Of a stretch of 38,465 nucleotides of DNA, positions 24,407 through 32,517 are shown piece after piece (position 1 is the first letter of the stretch; every line of letters starts with the position of its first letter). The position numbers and the translations under genes are program-made. The stretch comes from a bacterium (GTDB lineage Bacteria > Patescibacteriota > Minisyncoccia > Phycocordibacterales > UBA918), in contig JAYTMA010000027.1 of NCBI GenBank assembly GCA_043728975.1, forward strand, positions 1 to 38,465. Reading direction: 5' to 3'. Below the pieces are notes generated by a model. It ran no database searches and was not told the origin of the DNA. It saw nothing but the letters and a program-made list of their open reading frames with translations.

Positions 24407-26590
24407 ATGATAAAAAAATGGTGGAAGCGCGTCAGTGTTAAAGAGATAATCAAGGACTTTTTGGCTACAGTTTTTGCCCTATCTATCATTACTTTAGCCG
24501 TTTTTTTGATCTGGGTTTCTACTCTTGAAATTCCCGATCTTTCTTCATTTGAAGAAAGACGAGTCTTACAATCAACTAAAATTTACGACCGTACTGGTGA
24601 AATACTGTTGTATGACCTGTTTCAAGACGTCAGGCGTACCGTAGTACCATTTGAAGAAATTTCCCGACACATTAAAAACGCCACCATCGCCATCGAAGAT
24701 GATCAATTCTATAATCACCACGGGGTTGAACCCAAAGCGATTGTGAGAGCGGCTTTAACTAACCTCGGTCAAGGAAACTTGCTCGGTGGACAAGGTGGCT
24801 CAACCTTAACCCAACAAGTAATCAAGAACTCAGTTTTACAAAGAGAAAAGACCTTAACCCGTAAAGTCAAGGAATGGATTTTAGCAGTTAAACTCGAACG
24901 AGTTTTGGGCAAGGATGAGATTCTGGGTATTTACCTAAACGAGTCACCTTACGGCGGAACCATTTATGGCGTCGAGGAAGCCTCGCAAGCTTTCTTTGGC
25001 AAAAAAGCGGCTGATGTTTCTTTAGGTGAAGGAGCCTACCTAGCAGCCCTTCCCCAAGCTCCTACTTATCTATCTCCCTATGGAAATAATAAGGAAGATT
25101 TGGATAGTCGGCAAAAACTAGTCCTCAAACGAATGCTTGCGCAAGGTCTGATTTCAGAAGAGGAATATAAAAACGCTGAAGCCGAAGGCGTTCAATTTCA
25201 ACCCCAAGCCGTCACCGGCATCAGAGCACCACACTTTGTGATGTTTGTACGTGATCAAATAGTTCGTAAATACGGAGAAGAAGCTCTCTCCCAGCGTGGT
25301 CTACGCATTATCACCACTTTAGACTGGGACCTGCAAAAAGAAGCCGAAAAAATTGTCACGAAGCACGGAGCTACCAACGTTGAAAAGTTTAAAGCCACCA
25401 ATGCTGGCCTAGTAGCTACTGACCCAAAAACTGGAGACCTCTTGGTTATGGTTGGTTCAAGAGACTACTTCAGTGAAGAGATTGATGGTAACTTCAACAT
25501 CGCGCTGGCTTCTCGACAACCAGGCTCCGTCATTAAACCTTTTATTTACGCCAAGGCTTTTAGTAAGGGTTACTTGCCTGACACGATAGTGTTTGATGTT
25601 CGCACCCAATTTTCACCCCTTTGTCCACCCGATAGCTTTAGCTCAGAATCACCTTGTTACTCCCCCAACAACTACAACAACAAATTTAAGGGGCCGATTA
25701 ATTTAAGGAATTCCCTCGCCCAATCACTCAACATCCCGGCGGTAAAAGTACTTTACTTAGCTGGAGTAAGAGACTCATTAAAGTTAGCGGCTGACATGGG
25801 CATCACCACTCTTAATGATCCAGATCGCTACGGCCTCACCCTAGTCCTTGGTGGTGGTGAAGTTCGACTATTAGACATAACCTATGCTTATGGTGTGTTT
25901 GCTAACGAAGGAGTGGTGGCCGAACCACGTAGTATTATTCGGGTCGAAGATAATCGAGGCAACATCATTGACGAAACGCCAATTGCCACAAAAAGAGTGA
26001 TCGAAAAAAACGCCGCCCTTATGATCAGCGATGTACTTTCTGACAACGTGGCTCGTACTCCGCTTTGGGGTGCCAATTCTTTAGTTAACTTCCCCAACCG
26101 CTCAGTGGCTTCCAAAACCGGTAGCACCAACACCCTACGCGACGCTTGGCTCATGGGCTATGCCCCAAATATTGCGGTTGGTACCTGGGTTGGCAACAAC
26201 GACAACAGCCCGATGGGAGGAGGACTTTCTGGTTTTATTGTTACTCCGATGTGGCGTGAGTTTATGGATTATGCGCTAGCCAAATTACCAGAAGAAAGTT
26301 TTACCGAACCAACCATCAACCGAGTGGGGGTTAAGCCTATCCTGCGCGGAGAGTTTATCGACGCTACGGAGCTATTGCAAACCATTGCCGATGGTGGTGA
26401 AGTTGATATTTCACAAATATATAACAACATCCACAACATTCTTTACTTTGTGGATAAAAAAAATCCTACCGGACCGGACCCAATAGACCCTAGGAACGAC
26501 CCCCAGTACGATAATTGGGAATATGCCGTCCAGGCCTGGAAAAAAGAAACCTACGGCCTTCCCTTCGCTTCTAGCACCACCCCAGAATAG
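24407..26590 (+). CDS. PBP1A-family bifunctional penicillin-binding protein (glycosyltransferase + transpeptidase)
   Basis: GT51 motifs IAIEDDQFYNHHGV, GGSTLTQQ and RKVKEW. Transpeptidase motifs SVIKP (SxxK), SLN (SxN) and KTGST (KTG). An N-terminal TM anchor is present. The ATG at 24407 is preferred to the track's TTG at 24401. Confidence 0.9.
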   Translation: MIKKWWKRVSVKEIIKDFLATVFALSIITLAVFLIWVSTLEIPDLSSFEERRVLQSTKIYDRTGEILLYDLFQDVRRTVVPFEEISRHIKNATIAIEDDQFYNHHGVEPKAIVRAALTNLGQGNLLGGQGGSTLTQQVIKNSVLQREKTLTRKVKEWILAVKLERVLGKDEILGIYLNESPYGGTIYGVEEASQAFFGKKAADVSLGEGAYLAALPQAPTYLSPYGNNKEDLDSRQKLVLKRMLAQGLISEEEYKNAEAEGVQFQPQAVTGIRAPHFVMFVRDQIVRKYGEEALSQRGLRIITTLDWDLQKEAEKIVTKHGATNVEKFKATNAGLVATDPKTGDLLVMVGSRDYFSEEIDGNFNIALASRQPGSVIKPFIYAKAFSKGYLPDTIVFDVRTQFSPLCPPDSFSSESPCYSPNNYNNKFKGPINLRNSLAQSLNIPAVKVLYLAGVRDSLKLAADMGITTLNDPDRYGLTLVLGGGEVRLLDITYAYGVFANEGVVAEPRSIIRVEDNRGNIIDETPIATKRVIEKNAALMISDVLSDNVARTPLWGANSLVNFPNRSVASKTGSTNTLRDAWLMGYAPNIAVGTWVGNNDNSPMGGGLSGFIVTPMWREFMDYALAKLPEESFTEPTINRVGVKPILRGEFIDATELLQTIADGGEVDISQIYNNIHNILYFVDKKNPTGPDPIDPRNDPQYDNWEYAVQAWKKETYGLPFASSTTPE

Positions 26591-26592
26591 AG

Positions 26593-26724
26593 ATGCTCAA
26601 TATGTCTATAATCTCTGTACCACTTAATGAAGAAGCTATTAATGCTGTCTTACGGGCTGAGCACGAAGTATCTGAGGGTAAATTGCTGCGCACCGCTTCC
26701 CCCCGAGATCTTTTGCATAAATAA
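26593..26724 (+). CDS. Small ORF (43 aa), possible antitoxin of the downstream RelE/ParE-type toxin
   Basis: MLNMSIISVPLNEEAINAVLRAEHEVSEGKLLRTASPRDLLHK*. Its stop lies 6 nt before the toxin ATG. The call rests on position only and no family is recognised. Confidence 0.3.
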   Translation: MLNMSIISVPLNEEAINAVLRAEHEVSEGKLLRTASPRDLLHK

Positions 26725-26730
26725 TTGTCT

Positions 26731-26988
26731 ATGAACATTGCGTATACACCTCAATTTCTGCGCATGTTGAGAAAACTTGAACGCTCTCTCCAGGAAGAAG
26801 CGGTTGAGAAAATTGAATTGTTTGAAAATGATCCAACCCATTCACAACTTAAAACACACAAGCTCAAGGGAAAGTTAAAGAACCGGTATAGTTTCTCAGT
26901 GAATTACCAGACTCGTATCATCTATATGCATCTCTCTAAAAGTGACGTAGCCTTCCTTGCTATCGGAGATAATGATGTGTACAAATAG
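26731..26988 (+). CDS. RelE/ParE-superfamily toxin
   Basis: MNIAYTPQFLRMLRKLERSLQEEAVEKIELFENDP...LKGKLKNRYSFSVNYQTRIIYMHLSKSDVAFLAIGDNDVYK. The length and pattern are typical, and it is a paralogue of the split gene at 27407. Confidence 0.7.
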   Translation: MNIAYTPQFLRMLRKLERSLQEEAVEKIELFENDPTHSQLKTHKLKGKLKNRYSFSVNYQTRIIYMHLSKSDVAFLAIGDNDVYK

Positions 26989-27099
26989 TAAATTAACGAG
27001 TGAGATAAAATGTCCAAATATAAATACTCGTATCATCCAACCGCCCAAACACAGCTCCAAACCTCCTAAGCGACGTCGCCCCAAGATATAGACAACATA

Positions 27100-27123
27100 A
27101 TACCAAAGTATATACTTTGGTAT
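27100..27123. promoter_or_regulatory. Perfect 24-bp palindrome abutting the antitoxin start codon (candidate TA operator)
   Basis: ATACCAAAGTAT|ATACTTTGGTAT is exactly self-complementary and ends one base before the ATG at 27124. Its centre contains a TATATA -10-like element. Confidence 0.55.
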
Positions 27124-27405
27124 ATGAATACACATACTATTTTAAACATAAAAACCGATAAGAAACTTAAGGCAGATGCCCAGAAAGTTGCTGCTGAACT
27201 TGGTGTTCCACTCAGTACAGTCATGAATGCCTTTCTCAAACAATTTGTCCGCGATAAAGAAATCACACTTTCAGCCAATCAATATCTCCCCACTCCCTAC
27301 CTAGAAAGTATCCTCGAGCAGGCGCAGAAAGAATACGAAGCTGGTGATTATGTCGGACCCTTTAAAACCGGTGAAGATTTTATCGCTCACCTAAAGTCTC
27401 TTTAG
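27124..27405 (+). CDS. RelB/DinJ-family (RHH) antitoxin
   Basis: ILNIKTDKKLKADAQKVAAELGVPLSTVMNAFLKQFV is a DinJ-type ribbon-helix-helix. The toxin gene starts 1 nt after its stop. Confidence 0.75.
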   Translation: MNTHTILNIKTDKKLKADAQKVAAELGVPLSTVMNAFLKQFVRDKEITLSANQYLPTPYLESILEQAQKEYEAGDYVGPFKTGEDFIAHLKSL

Positions 27406-27406
27406 T

Positions 27407-27812
27407 ATGCGCTTCATTCTTTCGAAAAGATTTGCGAAAGACTTTACAAAACTGCCTACCCCAATCAAGAAGAAGGCAATTGCCACTTTTGAAAAATTTG
27501 TCGAAAACCCCCAAAATCCTACCCTGCGGAACCACGGTCTATCCGGAAAATGGAAAGGTCACTGCAGTATCAATATCACTGGTGACATTAGAGCAATTTA
27601 TTCCACGTAAATACCGACGTGGCGTAAGCCCGGGGATGTAGTGAGTTGCTCTATCGCAAAGCGATAGAGATTAAGCAACGAAGTTGCTTAACTAAAAGGC
27701 CATAGGCCGAATAGATACCCCGTCCCGTAAGGGCGGGGAGATTCATTTCGTTACTGAAGACAAAATGGTGCGATTTGTTGCAATTGGATCACACCGCGAA
27801 TTATATGGATAG
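27407..27812 (+). pseudogene. RelE/ParE-superfamily toxin gene split by a 145-nt insertion
   Basis: The 5' part (27407-27601) encodes MRFILSKRFAKDFTKLP...GHCSINITGDIRAIY and then hits TAA at 27608. The 3' part (27747-27812, frame +1) encodes FVTEDKMVRFVAIGSHRELYG*. The joined product aligns without gaps to the paralogue at 26731-26988. Confidence 0.65.
27602..27746 (+). mobile_element. 145-nt hairpin-dense insertion (candidate non-autonomous element with same-orientation subterminal hairpins)
   Basis: It contains the module copies 27610-27637 (AATACCGACGTGGCGTAAGCCCGGGGAT) and 27713-27740 (AGATACCCCGTCCCGTAAGGGCGGGGAG). It also contains perfect hairpins CTCTATCGC-AAA-GCGATAGAG (27649-69), TTAAGCAAC-GAA-GTTGCTTAA (27671-91) and GGCC-ATA-GGCC. 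The boundaries are ambiguous by 2 nt (AT). No transposase gene is present in the window. Confidence 0.45.
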
Positions 27813-27963
27813 AGACTAAGTTTCCTCATCAAAACAAATCCTCGCTTCACTTAACCACTCCATACACAAATCTTCAAACTGTTTCCACCGCACGGGTATT
27901 GGATTTTTACCTTCGTAAACTCATTAAAAATCTGGCCTGCCCCCAGGAACAGAACGTACCTTT

Positions 27964-28254
27964 TTAAAATATCTGGAGGGGGGAGTTTTTTGCTCCTAAC
28001 CTTTTATTGAGCTCCTTAAGGATTTCCCTACTCCTAATTTTTATCTCCTGTTTTAGCATCCCGGACACCTGTAAATTAACGGTTCTAGTGCTAACCGTGT
28101 AGGTGATTTGATTTTCTTTAATAGAGAGACCAGTGCATTCGCCAATTACTCTAATAGTTTCCATCTCCACGGTTTTTTGGGGTGGAACTAGAGTATTTTT
28201 GTACTTACTAAATAGATCTCTTATAGCCGTAACCTCCCCTCTTCGTTTGAACAT
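27964..28254 (-). CDS. DUF721/DciA-like small protein downstream of dnaN
   Basis: 96 aa, starting 1 nt after the dnaN stop. The position and C-terminal pattern (TRTVNLQVSGMLKQEIKIRSREILKELNKRLG) fit DUF721. This is a pattern-level call. Confidence 0.45.
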   Translation of the reverse strand: MFKRRGEVTAIRDLFSKYKNTLVPPQKTVEMETIRVIGECTGLSIKENQITYTVSTRTVNLQVSGMLKQEIKIRSREILKELNKRLGAKNSPLQIF

Positions 28255-28255
28255 A

Positions 28256-29353
28256 TTAACGATTCATCGGCATTACCAAATAACGTAAGGTTTTATCTGA
28301 CACTCCGGTAATTACTAACGGTCGACCAATTCCAGCAAAATGCAAAACCACACTCTCATCAGTAATATGGGATAAAGGATCACTAATATACTGTTGGTTA
28401 AAATTTAAGGTTAATTCATCACCTTCAAATACCGCCGGGACCAAGTCGGTCACATGCCCCACTTCATTATTTTGGGAAGATAGAGAAATATTACCTTCAA
28501 GTACTGACAAAGTAACTTGCTGGTACTTATTTAAGAAGACGGAGGTTTTCTTAAGGGCTTTTAGAAGGTCATTTTTGAGCACAGTGGCGTGCGAACTGTA
28601 TTCTTTAGGAATTATCTGTTCGTAGTCAGGAAAAGAGCCTGAGACGAGCCTAGAGGTAATGTAGACCCCTTCCTCCTTAAACCATAGAGCGCATTGATTT
28701 TCAGTTACTAATAAATCAGGGTCGTTTTTGAGTAAATCACACAGTCTTGATAATTCAACGGCATTTTTTTGTGGGACCAAAAAACCTTGTTCTAAAATAA
28801 CTCCCTTTTGCGGCACGGTCTTTTCCATCAAACGAAAAGAGTCCGTGGAAACAAAGGTGAGGGAATGTTCTTTTTTTTGTTGAATATAAACACTACCTAA
28901 CTCTGGCTTAATGGAAGAGAGTGAAGCAGCAAAGGAAGAGGTTTTTATCCCCAACGAGAACAAGGCTCGATTAATTTTAATCACGTCACCTTTTAGGCGA
29001 TTAATTACTGGGAACTCATCATGAGGAATAGACTTAATCGAGGTGTTGGTTTTTTTTGACTCAATTAGCAACACCCCTTCTTCAGAACGTAGTGATATCT
29101 CTCCTTCGGTGTTGTATTGAATACTTTGCAGTAAAGTATTGGCTGGGACAGCAATTATTCCCGACTCGGTAACAGAACAAGGTAGCTCTATCTCAATACT
29201 TAATTCTAAATTAGTGGCTTTGAGAATTAGCTTTTCTTCTTTCGCTTCTAGTAAGACGCACTGTAAAACCGGTAGGGTTACATGCTTGGTGCTAATTCTT
29301 GTTAACAACTCAAGTGTTTCTGATAACTGTGGACGAGAAATGTTTATTTCCAT
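28256..29353 (-). CDS. dnaN: DNA polymerase III subunit beta (sliding clamp)
   Basis: 365 aa with three-domain clamp length and pattern (LPVLQCVLLEA, STDSFRL, YLVMPMN), located next to dnaA. Confidence 0.9.
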   Translation of the reverse strand: MEINISRPQLSETLELLTRISTKHVTLPVLQCVLLEAKEEKLILKATNLELSIEIELPCSVTESGIIAVPANTLLQSIQYNTEGEISLRSEEGVLLIESKKTNTSIKSIPHDEFPVINRLKGDVIKINRALFSLGIKTSSFAASLSSIKPELGSVYIQQKKEHSLTFVSTDSFRLMEKTVPQKGVILEQGFLVPQKNAVELSRLCDLLKNDPDLLVTENQCALWFKEEGVYITSRLVSGSFPDYEQIIPKEYSSHATVLKNDLLKALKKTSVFLNKYQQVTLSVLEGNISLSSQNNEVGHVTDLVPAVFEGDELTLNFNQQYISDPLSHITDESVVLHFAGIGRPLVITGVSDKTLRYLVMPMNR

Positions 29354-29617
29354 ATTAAATGTATTTTACTATCTACTATTAGGGCTGTGGAAGTGTGCAT
29401 ATCTAAAATATATGTTCTAGTAATTGGTTATCTTATGCACAGCTAAGTATTGGTAAGTCTAAGATAAGGTAAATTGCCCTGGGTATAAAAGTAGGTTTAA
29501 AATAAATTAAGTACTAGTCTGGGGATAATGTATTTTATACTACCTGGTTATCCATGGCTATACGGTAGTTTATTAAGTCCTCTTTCCTTGGTTTATAAAC
29601 ACTGTTTTCCCAGATTT
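29354..29617. other. Candidate oriC (dnaA-dnaN intergenic region with DnaA boxes and an AT-rich stretch)
   Basis: TTATGCACA at 29433-41 is perfect to TTATNCACA. TGTGCATAT (29394-402) and TGGGGATAA (29520-28) have one mismatch each, and TTATCCATG (29548-56) has two. The AT-rich segment AAAAGTAGGTTTAAAATAAATTAAGTA lies at ~29486-29512. Confidence 0.5.
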
Positions 29618-29645
29618 AAAAAACAGGACCATGGTCCTGTTTTTT
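29618..29645. terminator. Intrinsic terminator downstream of dnaA
   Basis: AAAAAACAGGACCATGGTCCTGTTTTTT is a palindrome with A/T runs, 5 nt after the dnaA stop. Confidence 0.7.
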
Positions 29646-29650
29646 AAAGT

Positions 29651-31036
29651 CTACTTTAGTAGGATACGAATCTGGGAGATTTCTTCTTCTAATTCAGTGT
29701 TCAGTTTTAATTCGGCCTTAATTTTTTCACATGAGTGAATGACTGTGGTATGGTCTCTTCCGCCCAACTTCTTTCCAATGGAAGGATAAGAAACTTGGAA
29801 ATCTTCACGCAGTAAATACATGATAATTTGTCTAGGTCTAACAATCTCTTTACGGCGGGTTTTCTCATAAATACTCGATTGATCGATATCAAAGTAGCGA
29901 GCGACTTTATCTACAACATCAGAAACAGCTAGTGTTTTACGTGGTCTAGAGCTGTTTTTTATAATCACTTTTACTTCCTCTAGGGTCAAGGTGCGCCCTA
30001 AGAGTTGGGATTGACACATGATGGTATTTAAGGCCCCTTCTAGTTCTCGAATATTTCCTTCGATGGTGTAGGCTAGATGGTTTACCACCTCGTCAGCTAA
30101 AGTAATGCTGTTTTGAGCTGCTTTGGCCCGTAAAATAGCGGCGCGGGATTCTATATCTGGAGCCGGAATATCTACTATCATCCCCTGAGCAAAGCGTGAA
30201 CGTAGTCTATCCTCAAGTCCGGCCAATAAAGCGGGATGCATATCGCTAGAGAAAACAATTTGTTTATTAGTATCATGCAGGGCATTAAAGAGATGAAATA
30301 GTTCCTCCTGGGTTTTCTCTTTGGTGGCCAAAAATTGTACGTCATCCATAATCAAGACATCATATTGGCGATATTTATCTTTGAAAGTATTGGCGGAACC
30401 ACTCTGGAGGGAATTGAAATAATCAACCGCGAAGCGCTCGCTCGTGACATAGAATACTTTCTTGCCAGTCTTTTTTATTTGGTTACCGACCGCTTGAATA
30501 AGGTGTGTCTTACCATGACCGGTCTTGCCATAAATAAAGAGTGGGTTGTAGGCAATACCTGGTTTTTCACTAACAGTCTTAGCAGCGGCGTGAGCTAAGG
30601 CGTTATAAGGACCAATAACAAAGGTTTCAAAGGAGTATTTTGGATTTAGGTTGTCACTTTTATTGATGTAGTATTCCTCCAGTGGCAGGGCGGCGTTGAC
30701 GGTTTGGGTCTTACTCCCTTCCCCACGACGATCGCTTCTTTGGACTACATCATATTCAATGCTTCGTACATAAGGAGTTAGTTCGCGTAAGGTTTTAAGA
30801 ATCATTGACTGGAATTTATCTTGTAGCCAGTCTTTTACAAACACACTAGGCACGGCCAAGGTGGCGGTGCCATCTTCTAGAGTGAGAATATAAGTGTCTC
30901 TAAACCAAGTCTTGAAGTTCGCTGGAGTAATTGCTAGCTCGATTTTTACCAAAGCATCATCCCAGAGTTTTTTAATATCAATATGTTCGGTTCTAACGAT
31001 ACTTGAGACTGATGAAGGATGTGAGATAGGGTTCAT
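29651..31036 (-). CDS. dnaA: Chromosomal replication initiator protein DnaA
   Basis: Walker A GKTGHGKTHL, Walker B VLIMDDVQF, sensor and box VII motifs, and a C-terminal DNA-binding helix (GGRDHTTVIHSCEKI). Confidence 0.95.
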   Translation of the reverse strand: MNPISHPSSVSSIVRTEHIDIKKLWDDALVKIELAITPANFKTWFRDTYILTLEDGTATLAVPSVFVKDWLQDKFQSMILKTLRELTPYVRSIEYDVVQRSDRRGEGSKTQTVNAALPLEEYYINKSDNLNPKYSFETFVIGPYNALAHAAAKTVSEKPGIAYNPLFIYGKTGHGKTHLIQAVGNQIKKTGKKVFYVTSERFAVDYFNSLQSGSANTFKDKYRQYDVLIMDDVQFLATKEKTQEELFHLFNALHDTNKQIVFSSDMHPALLAGLEDRLRSRFAQGMIVDIPAPDIESRAAILRAKAAQNSITLADEVVNHLAYTIEGNIRELEGALNTIMCQSQLLGRTLTLEEVKVIIKNSSRPRKTLAVSDVVDKVARYFDIDQSSIYEKTRRKEIVRPRQIIMYLLREDFQVSYPSIGKKLGGRDHTTVIHSCEKIKAELKLNTELEEEISQIRILLK

Positions 31037-31150
31037 AGCAAGGTAAATAATCTAAACTTAATTAGCATTATACCTGCATTACGACGCCTGTAAAATATTT
31101 CGATTTTATTTAGGACAGGACAGTTCATTTCTTTAGTTTAAAAGTGCAAC

Positions 31151-31170
31151 TGTGTATAAACTGTGTATAA
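31151..31170. promoter_or_regulatory. Two tandem perfect DnaA boxes upstream of dnaA
   Basis: TGTGTATAA at 31151-59 and 31162-70 (= TTATACACA on the dnaA strand), within an 11-bp direct repeat CTGTGTATAAA. Confidence 0.6.
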
Positions 31171-31262
31171 ATTGAGACCCTATCCCTGACCCTTTTCTGG
31201 CTATTGAATTATTCCCCTGTTCATGTATAGTGGGTCGGTATTTCAAATACTAAAATATTTCT

Positions 31263-31409
31263 ATGAAAAGAACCTACCAACCAAGTAAGAAAAAAAGAGC
31301 CACTACCCATGGTTTCTTGGTCCGAAGTGAAACTACTTCGGGAGCCAAGGTGCTTCGGGAGAGACGCCGCAAGGGCCGAGCCCAACTAACCGTAAAAAAA
31401 GCTCGCTAA
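31263..31409 (+). CDS. rpmH: 50S ribosomal protein L34
   Basis: Not in the track (48 aa): [49 protein letters not shown] hairpin plus T-run (31394-31420) overlaps the stop. Confidence 0.9.
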   Translation: MKRTYQPSKKKRATTHGFLVRSETTSGAKVLRERRRKGRAQLTVKKAR

Positions 31410-31439
31410 GAGCTTTTTTTATACGTTATAATACCCAAT

Positions 31440-31772
31440 ATGCTAGCCAAATCACAGCGCATTCCCAGACTTCTTTTCAGTGCGGTCTTTGCTAAAGGTA
31501 AGCGAGTTCATGGTACAAATACTACGCTAATTATCGCCCCCTCCCCTGCGTTCGTTTGTAGTGTGGTGGTGAGCAAAAAAGTGGCCAAAAAGGCCCATGA
31601 CCGAAACCGGATTAAACGCCGACTTTATGCTTTGGTAAAGGAGTTGACCAAGGACAATCCGCCTGCTCTGGCATTAATCATAATGACCAAACCCCCTATT
31701 GCCAGCCTGACTAGGGTTCAGTTTAAAGCAGTCCTCCAAGTTGAGATTGGACGGGCTCAAAATAACAGGTAG
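31440..31772 (+). CDS. rnpA: Ribonuclease P protein component
   Basis: 110 aa and basic, with the RNR motif context KKAHDRNRIKRRLY. It sits in the canonical rpmH-rnpA-yidC order. Confidence 0.85.
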   Translation: MLAKSQRIPRLLFSAVFAKGKRVHGTNTTLIIAPSPAFVCSVVVSKKVAKKAHDRNRIKRRLYALVKELTKDNPPALALIIMTKPPIASLTRVQFKAVLQVEIGRAQNNR

Positions 31773-31782
31773 AATAGCACTT

Positions 31783-32511
31783 ATGTTTAGTTATATTTGG
31801 CACACATTTTTTTTCGACCCGATTTATAACGGGTTAATCTTTTTTATTGATGTAATTCCTGGTGGTGATATTGGGTTAGCTATAATTGCGATTGTGATTG
31901 TAGTGAAGACCATTCTCCTTCCCCTTTCTATCAAGGCGGTCAAAACGCAAAAGATAATGCGGGAGATTGAACCAAAGTTAAAAGAGTTAAAAGAAAAATA
32001 TAAAGATAACCGCGAAGAACAGGCCAAAGCGATGATGGCTATTTATAAAGAAGCGGGGATGAATCCGTTTGTTAGTATTGTCCTCATGTTCTTACAGATT
32101 CCAATTCTCATTGCCCTTTATTTTTCAGTCTATACTGGCGGAGGGATTGCTTTGCCGGAGATTAACACGGAGTTACTCTACTCCTTTGTGGCTAGTCCGG
32201 TTAACGTCAGTATGAATTTCCTTGGTCAAATTGATATTGCAGCTAAAAGTATTTGGTTGGCACTGTTGGCAGCTGGTACTCAGTACTTCCAGATTAAACT
32301 ATCGATGCCCGAACTACCACCTAAAGACCCCAATGCTCCAGAAAGCATGAAAGAAGACTTTATGCGCAACCTCCAACTGCAGATGCGCTACGGTATGCCG
32401 GTCTTAATCTTCTTCGCGGCTTACTTTATCTCCGCTGCCATCGCCCTTTACTTCTTTGTTAGTAACGTGGTCGCAATCCTCCAAGAGTTATACGTTAGAC
32501 GACACCGTTAA
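31783..32511 (+). CDS. yidC: YidC/Oxa1-family membrane protein insertase (short form)
   Basis: The pattern is ILLPLSIKAVKTQKIMREIEPKLKELKEKYKDNREE...AMMAIYKEAGMNPF..FLQIPILIALY. The ATG at 31783 is preferred to the track's TTG at 31741, which overlaps rnpA. Confidence 0.85.
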   Translation: MFSYIWHTFFFDPIYNGLIFFIDVIPGGDIGLAIIAIVIVVKTILLPLSIKAVKTQKIMREIEPKLKELKEKYKDNREEQAKAMMAIYKEAGMNPFVSIVLMFLQIPILIALYFSVYTGGGIALPEINTELLYSFVASPVNVSMNFLGQIDIAAKSIWLALLAAGTQYFQIKLSMPELPPKDPNAPESMKEDFMRNLQLQMRYGMPVLIFFAAYFISAAIALYFFVSNVVAILQELYVRRHR

Positions 32512-32517
32512 TTCAGC

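Noticed and set aside
27610-27740. Self-cleaving ribozyme. AAGCCCGG and GGGCGGGG resemble parts of twister, and stem+GAAAC at 17189-17204 resembles hammerhead stem II/GAAA.
   Set aside because: I could not assemble a complete conserved core. There is no CUGAUGA for hammerhead and no consistent P1/P2/pseudoknot set for twister. The resemblance is limited to short GC-rich strings. An Infernal scan would settle it.
27596-27746. Translational bypass (hop) from ATT at 27596 to ATT at 27741, in the style of T4 gene 60. A stop codon follows shortly after the take-off site and structure lies in the gap, so this would regenerate an in-frame toxin.
   Set aside because: The gap of 145 nt is about three times longer than known bypass elements, and the matched codons could simply reflect the insertion target. 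Nothing in the sequence alone supports it over simple insertional inactivation. It would only be worth testing if the mRNA retains the insert and full-length protein is detected.
27602-27746. Group I or group II intron as the explanation for the insert in the toxin gene.
   Set aside because: The insert is too small. The 3' end (..ATTCAT) has no terminal G for a group I intron, and there is no GUGYG...AY boundary or domain V-like hairpin for a group II intron. There is also no intron-encoded ORF.
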